Assembly (NCBI GenBank): GCA_963776345.1
Contig: CAVZMH010000022.1
Span: 288,001 to 352,000, forward strand
DNA length: 64,000 nt
Direction: 5' to 3'
DNA from: an uncultured delta proteobacterium
GTDB taxonomy: Bacteria; Myxococcota; Myxococcia; Myxococcales; Myxococcaceae
The notes under the pieces were generated by a model. That model was not told the DNA's origin and made no database searches. It saw only the letters and a list, made by a program, of their open reading frames with translations. This document shows, piece by piece, positions 59,340-64,000 of this stretch (its first letter is position 1; the number at the start of each line of letters is the position of its first letter). The position numbers and the translations under genes were made by a program.

Positions 59340-59690
59340 ATGCCCGTGCCAAAGACGAACGTGGTGCCCCTGTTCGGGCCCTCCCCCCGGGATCAGTGGT
59401 TGAACGAGCTCCAGGAGGAACTCCATGGCCTGTTGGAGAGCCTCCCGGCGCGCCCATGCCGGCGGAAGCTGCCCCCTGAAGCGAAGGCGTGGCGTGCCGT
59501 CGCGCGAGCGCTCGTGACGCGCGAACTGGGAGCCAACCAGTTCGGCCGCAGCTACGCGGGCGCGCTCTGGGCCGCCGTCCAGGGCTACGCAGAGGGGCGG
59601 CTCAGCGGAGCGACGCTCCGCGCGGTCCTCCGGCGCGTCGACCTGCTCGCCTCGGAGCGGCCGCTGCGACCGATGGGAGAGACGGCGTGA
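59340..59690 (+). CDS. Hypothetical protein, possibly phage/plasmid derived
   Basis: RBS GAGGAGG; MPVPKTNVVPLF..., helical; start could be the GTG at 59346. Confidence 0.5.
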   Translation: MPVPKTNVVPLFGPSPRDQWLNELQEELHGLLESLPARPCRRKLPPEAKAWRAVARALVTRELGANQFGRSYAGALWAAVQGYAEGRLSGATLRAVLRRVDLLASERPLRPMGETA

Positions 59691-59691
59691 G

Positions 59692-59862
59692 GCCCTCGCC
59701 CCGAGCGCGCTGCTCCTCATCGCGGTGCTCTTTCACCTGGGGGTCGCGCTCACCCACGGCCTCGCCACCTTCGCCCTGACCATGTCCGCGGCGCTGGTTC
59801 TCTACCTCCGCCCGGCCGAGCGTTCCTCGAAGCCCGTGGCGCGCGTCCCCGTCGCGCCGTGA
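59692..59862 (+). pseudogene. C-terminal remnant of an SdpB/HTTM-like membrane protein
   Basis: LLLIAVLFHLGVALTHGLATFALTMSAALVLYLRP...* lacking any upstream gene body; similarity recalled, not searched. Confidence 0.5.
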
Positions 59863-59942
59863 CTCGAGGTTGGTTACCGCCGCGGTGAACTCCCGGGCTC
59901 CGCCGGGAGTACGCAACGCCGGCGAGCGTAGGATGGTGAGCG

Positions 59943-60470
59943 GTGCGCCCCGAGCAGCCGCCTGCAGAGTCGAAGACGAGCCCCGAGCGTCAGGCGTGGA
60001 TGCAGCGGACCCTGCGCGCCGCCGTGGCCCGGGCCTGCCCGTCCGACCTCGCCGCACAGAGAGAGGACCTGGTGCAGGCTGCCCTGCTGCGGGTCCTCGA
60101 GCGCGAGGAGCAAGGTGAGCAGAATCAGGTCCGGACAGCGTCTTACCTCTGGCGCGTGGCGTTCAGCGTCATCGCGGACGAGCTGCGCCGGCGCCGGGCA
60201 GAGGAGCTGAGGTCGCGGAGGTCCATGGTGGGCGAGCAGGGAACACAGGATGGAGCCACACCCCTGCCCGAGCTCGGGGTCGGCATCCGGGACTGCCTGG
60301 GGGGGCTGGCGGAGCCGCGGCGAATGACCGTGTTGCTCCACCTGCAGGGGTTCCGGGCCGAGGAGGCGTCGCGCGTGCTCCACTGGGACCTGAAGCGGGT
60401 GCAGAACCTTCTCTACCGGGGGCTCGCGGATCTGCGTCGGTGCCTCGAGGACAAGGGACTGGTGCCATGA
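59943..60470 (+). CDS. ECF-type RNA polymerase sigma factor
   Basis: Region 2 EDLVQAALLRV...YLWRVAFSVIADELRRRR; region 4 LHLQGFRAEEASRVL...VQNLLYRGLADLR. Confidence 0.88.
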   Translation: MRPEQPPAESKTSPERQAWMQRTLRAAVARACPSDLAAQREDLVQAALLRVLEREEQGEQNQVRTASYLWRVAFSVIADELRRRRAEELRSRRSMVGEQGTQDGATPLPELGVGIRDCLGGLAEPRRMTVLLHLQGFRAEEASRVLHWDLKRVQNLLYRGLADLRRCLEDKGLVP

Positions 60471-61132
60471 GCGACGCGGAAGTCGAGAAGCTTCGAGCGG
60501 CGTGGGCCGCGCTCCCGCCCTCGGCGCCGGGTCCGAACTGCGCCCCACCCGACGCGATCTGGGAGGCGGTGGCAGGGAAGCGTCCGGAGCACGAGGTGCG
60601 GGCGATGCTCTCCCACAACCTCGGCTGCGCAGACTGCTCGGCGCTCTGGCGGCTGGCGCGCGAGCTCGGCAGCGCGGGGCGAGAGGACGCCGCCGCAGCG
60701 CCCGCCGAGGTGGTTCCGCTCCGGCGAGCCGGGCCGGCGCGCTGGCTGGTGGGCACGGGCGCGCTCGCCGCAGCGGCCGTGCTGGCGCTGCTCCTGCTGC
60801 CCCGGCCTGGGCACCGAGAGACCACGCCGGTGGTCCGCGGCTCGGAGGACGCCGTGCTCGCGGCAGACCCGGCCGCGAAGACGCTCGATCGGACGCACCC
60901 GGTGCTCCGCTGGACGGGCGCGCCCGACGGCAGCCGGTACACCGTCGTCGTCTCCACGCGCGATCTGACCGTGCTGTACAGGAAGAGCGGACTGGCGTCG
61001 CCCGAAGTCGAGATTCCAGCGGAGTCGCTCGCCGCCGTCGTAGCCGGGGGTGAGGTCGTGTGGCGCGTCGAGGCCATCGCCCCTGGCGGCCGGCGGATCT
61101 CGTCTGGGGCGTTCCTCAGCCGCGTACAGTAG
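60467..61132 (+). CDS. Zinc-binding (ZAS-like) transmembrane anti-sigma factor
   Basis: ATGA overlap with sigma; HNLGCADC (H-x3-C-x2-C), VVPL, TM helix, then VVRG and a beta-rich extracytoplasmic domain. Confidence 0.78.
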   Translation: MSDAEVEKLRAAWAALPPSAPGPNCAPPDAIWEAVAGKRPEHEVRAMLSHNLGCADCSALWRLARELGSAGREDAAAAPAEVVPLRRAGPARWLVGTGALAAAAVLALLLLPRPGHRETTPVVRGSEDAVLAADPAAKTLDRTHPVLRWTGAPDGSRYTVVVSTRDLTVLYRKSGLASPEVEIPAESLAAVVAGGEVVWRVEAIAPGGRRISSGAFLSRVQ

Positions 61133-61136
61133 GCCC

Positions 61137-63974
61137 GTGGGGCGGACGTTCCGCGGGTTCCTTCTGCTGTCGAGTCTGGCCGTCGCCGACGCCGGCGCGG
61201 TGCCGCGCTCGGCGGCGGAGTGCGATGCGATGGTCCGGGCGCAGCCGCGGGCACTCGCCTCGTACCGCTGCTACTGGGACCTCGCGCATGGCGGTCGTCG
61301 CCTGGAGGCCGAGCGAGGGCTGGAGGCCATTCTCCGCCGTCAACCGGAGAATCCTGGAGCGCTGCTCTATCTCGGCCTGTGCAGGGACGAGCGCGGGCTG
61401 GACGGCCGCGAGCTGTTCCGCCGGTCGATCTCCGCCTTCCAGCACAGCGGAGATCCCGAGGGTGAGGGGTACGCGCGGCTCGCGCTCTTCGCCATGGAAT
61501 GCATGGTGGGACGGAGCTGTGAGGAGCATCGCGACCAGCTCGACCAGACGGACGCGCTCGCCGCCCGCCACGGTCTGGGCGACCTCCACGCCATGGCCGT
61601 CATCTGGCGAGCCCGCGACGCCCTGATGGCGGACGACCTCGGCGCGGCCGAGCGCCATCTCCGGAAGGCCGAGGTGGCGGTCGGCCCGGACGGTCCCCTC
61701 TGGCTCCGGAGCTGGATCCTCGACCAGTTCGGATTCCTGTTCCTGGAGGAGGGGCGCTTCGCGGAGGCGCTCGACACCTTCCGCACCCGCGCGAAGCTGG
61801 TCGAGTCGCTCTCGCCTGCGGCGCACGCGGCCGCGCTGGGCGGGATGGGGACCGCCGCCCTCGAGCTCGCCCAGCGAGGGGAGCTCGACCGCGGGGAGGC
61901 CGAGCGGATGCTCCAGGAGGCGCTGGACGCCGAGGACCGGGGAGGCGTCGACCTCGGGAGCCGCTACTCGGGCTCGCTGGTGACCCGATTGCAGCTCGCG
62001 TTCCTCCACGGTCCGACCGGCGCCGCCGTCGACGAGCTGCACCACCTTCGCCGGACCCACCAGCAGAGAGGACACAACTACCCATTCCCGGTCCTCTGGC
62101 TGCTGGCGCGCTTCACCTACGAGCGCGACCACTCGGCGCTGCCCGAGGCGCTCGGGTACGCCGACGAGGCGCTCGCCCTGTGCCGACTCCAGTCGCACGA
62201 ATGGGAACGGGCCTACGGACTCCTGGTGCGCGCCGACCTCTTCTGGCGGGGTGGCGACCGCGCGCGCGGCGTGGTCGACGCGCGCGCGGCGCTGGACAGC
62301 TTCGAGCGGCTTCGCGGGAGACAGCCCGACGCGACGGTCCGTGCGAGGTATGGGGCGTCCACCGCCTTCGCCCACCAGCTCGTCGCGGGGTGGCTCCTCG
62401 ACCCGGCACGCGGGCCCCCCGATGCCGAGGCGGGGTTCGGGATCATGGAACGGCTCCGGGCCCGGGTGCTGTTCGAGAACCTGCTCGCCGCTCGCGGTCG
62501 GCGCGAGCTGCCGCACGACCTGCGCGAGCGCGGGCTCGAGATTCACCAGCGCATCTCGCAGTTGCAGAGGCGCCTCCTGGACTCGGGGTTGGGCGAGGAG
62601 CGGAAGGAGGTTCAGCGCGCGCTCGCTGCGGCCGAGAGCGAGGAGGCCACCTGGAACGACGATGTCGCCCGCGCGCTGCCCGGGTTCCGGAGCCTCGAGC
62701 TCGTGCCGCCTCGTCTCTCCGAGGTGCAACGCGCCCTGGGCGTGGACGAGGCGATGCTCCTGTTCCAGACCTGGACGCGCGAGCCCAATCCGGAGGCACC
62801 CTACGAGGACGGGAGCTCCTGGGTGCTGGCGGTCACCCGGCAGTCCGTCCGGGCACATCGGATCCCGGATGCCGAGCGGCTTCAGCCCGCCATCGAGCAG
62901 TGGCTCGCCCTGCTCGGGCGGCGAGACGGATCGGAGGCAGCAGGGGCGGCGCGACTCTACCGGGACCTCCTGGGCGAGGCCCTGGAGGGTCTTCCGGGAG
63001 GGGTGACCCATCTCGTCGTGGTGCCCGATGGCCCGCTGCACGCCCTCCCGTTCGACGCGCTACGGGCGAACGAGCGCGGCCCGCTCGTCGCCGAGCGATA
63101 TGCGGTGTCGATCACCCCGTCCGCCACGCTCTGGAAGCACTGGCGGAGCGCAGAGCCCGGGACGCGGACCGGCGCGCTGCTCGCGCTCGCCGACCCCGAG
63201 CTGCCCCGCGGTCCGGGCGCTGGAATCGCGGACGCCTGGCGGCAGACGGGCATCACGCTTGCGCCCCTCCCGCGGGCCCGCGACGAGGCCAGGGTGGCGG
63301 CGGCGGCGGGCGCGCCGGGCAGCAGGATGCTGGCGGGCGCCGAGGCCAGCGAGCACTTCCTGAAGACGGTGGACCTCCACACCTTCGACGTCCTCCACCT
63401 TGCGACCCACGCCATCGTGGACGTCGAGGCGCCGGAGCGGTCCGCAGTCGTCCTCTCACCGGGAGCCCAGGCCGAGGACGGGCTGCTGCAATCCCGGGAG
63501 ATCTACCAGCTCGACCTCGACGCGAACGTGGTGGTGCTCGCCGCCTGCCGCAGCGCCTCGGGGCTTGGTCTCCGGGGCGAGGGTGTCGTTGGGCTCGGGC
63601 GGTCGTTCTTCGAGGCCGGGGCGCATGCGGTGGTGGGGAGCCTCTGGGCGCTCCGGGACGACGAGTCCTCGGAGCTGCTCGAGGCCTTCTACCGGCGGCT
63701 CGGCGGCGGGGCCTCGCTCGCGGAGTCGATGGCCGGCGCGCGGCGGGACCGCATCCGGGGAGGCGCTCCGCCGGCCGCCTGGGCCGGGATGATCGTCCTC
63801 GGGGAGGGCGCGATCCGTCCCGTTCCGGAGGCGGTGGTGCGGGAACGGGCCCGCGGGCGGCTGGAGCACCTCGCCGCCGGCGGAGCCTTGCTGCTCGCGC
63901 TCGGGCTGGTCGCCGGCGTGGTGTGGCGACGTCGGCGGGCCCGGGCTAGTCCGGCGCACATCCAGAAGACCTGA
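61137..63974 (+). CDS. TPR + CHAT-domain (caspase-like, clan CD) protease with signal peptide and C-terminal membrane anchor
   Basis: LVVVPDGPLHALPF, VLHLATHA (His), DGLL, VVLAACRSA (Cys), GEGVVGLGRSF..AGA..VVGSLW, WAG...G; C-terminal TM plus RRRR. Confidence 0.9.
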   Translation: MGRTFRGFLLLSSLAVADAGAVPRSAAECDAMVRAQPRALASYRCYWDLAHGGRRLEAERGLEAILRRQPENPGALLYLGLCRDERGLDGRELFRRSISAFQHSGDPEGEGYARLALFAMECMVGRSCEEHRDQLDQTDALAARHGLGDLHAMAVIWRARDALMADDLGAAERHLRKAEVAVGPDGPLWLRSWILDQFGFLFLEEGRFAEALDTFRTRAKLVESLSPAAHAAALGGMGTAALELAQRGELDRGEAERMLQEALDAEDRGGVDLGSRYSGSLVTRLQLAFLHGPTGAAVDELHHLRRTHQQRGHNYPFPVLWLLARFTYERDHSALPEALGYADEALALCRLQSHEWERAYGLLVRADLFWRGGDRARGVVDARAALDSFERLRGRQPDATVRARYGASTAFAHQLVAGWLLDPARGPPDAEAGFGIMERLRARVLFENLLAARGRRELPHDLRERGLEIHQRISQLQRRLLDSGLGEERKEVQRALAAAESEEATWNDDVARALPGFRSLELVPPRLSEVQRALGVDEAMLLFQTWTREPNPEAPYEDGSSWVLAVTRQSVRAHRIPDAERLQPAIEQWLALLGRRDGSEAAGAARLYRDLLGEALEGLPGGVTHLVVVPDGPLHALPFDALRANERGPLVAERYAVSITPSATLWKHWRSAEPGTRTGALLALADPELPRGPGAGIADAWRQTGITLAPLPRARDEARVAAAAGAPGSRMLAGAEASEHFLKTVDLHTFDVLHLATHAIVDVEAPERSAVVLSPGAQAEDGLLQSREIYQLDLDANVVVLAACRSASGLGLRGEGVVGLGRSFFEAGAHAVVGSLWALRDDESSELLEAFYRRLGGGASLAESMAGARRDRIRGGAPPAAWAGMIVLGEGAIRPVPEAVVRERARGRLEHLAAGGALLLALGLVAGVVWRRRRARASPAHIQKT

Positions 63975-64000
63975 GCCGCTTCGCCCTCAGAGGCCCTGCA

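Overview
Very GC-rich bacterial DNA that looks myxobacterial (Cys-rich lipoproteins, TPR Ser/Thr kinases, a MYXO-CTERM-like tail); the taxon is inferred, not tested. There are about 50 CDSs; no rRNA, tRNA, CRISPR array or intact mobile element was recognised. Housekeeping and accessory genes include bshC-bshA (bacillithiol) divergent from a PIG-L deacetylase/symporter/DinB operon, an acyl-CoA ligase, an S9 peptidase, DAHP synthase, an NCS2-like permease, CorA plus a CzcCBA-like pump, purU, a lactate permease and two TPR kinases. Best leads: (1) a signal-peptide-bearing peroxiredoxin with an in-frame TGA exactly at the peroxidatic Cys and a SECIS-like hairpin (a selenoprotein missed by the ORF track); (2) an ECF sigma / zinc anti-sigma / exported membrane-anchored TPR-CHAT protease operon, a candidate caspase-like proteolytic signalling system; (3) an MMPL + PhnD-like binding protein + helical lipoprotein trio resembling the BstABC sterol transporter, with an ERG4/ERG24-family reductase and SDR about 5 kb away; (4) a large secreted zincin-like protein with 8 codon-diversified DLGYG repeats; (5) a ribbon-helix-helix gene with a three-half-site operator among gene remnants. 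Four single-base frameshifts and one 62-bp tandem duplication in otherwise intact genes suggest assembly or read errors. All functional calls come from motif recognition by eye; no database searches were run.
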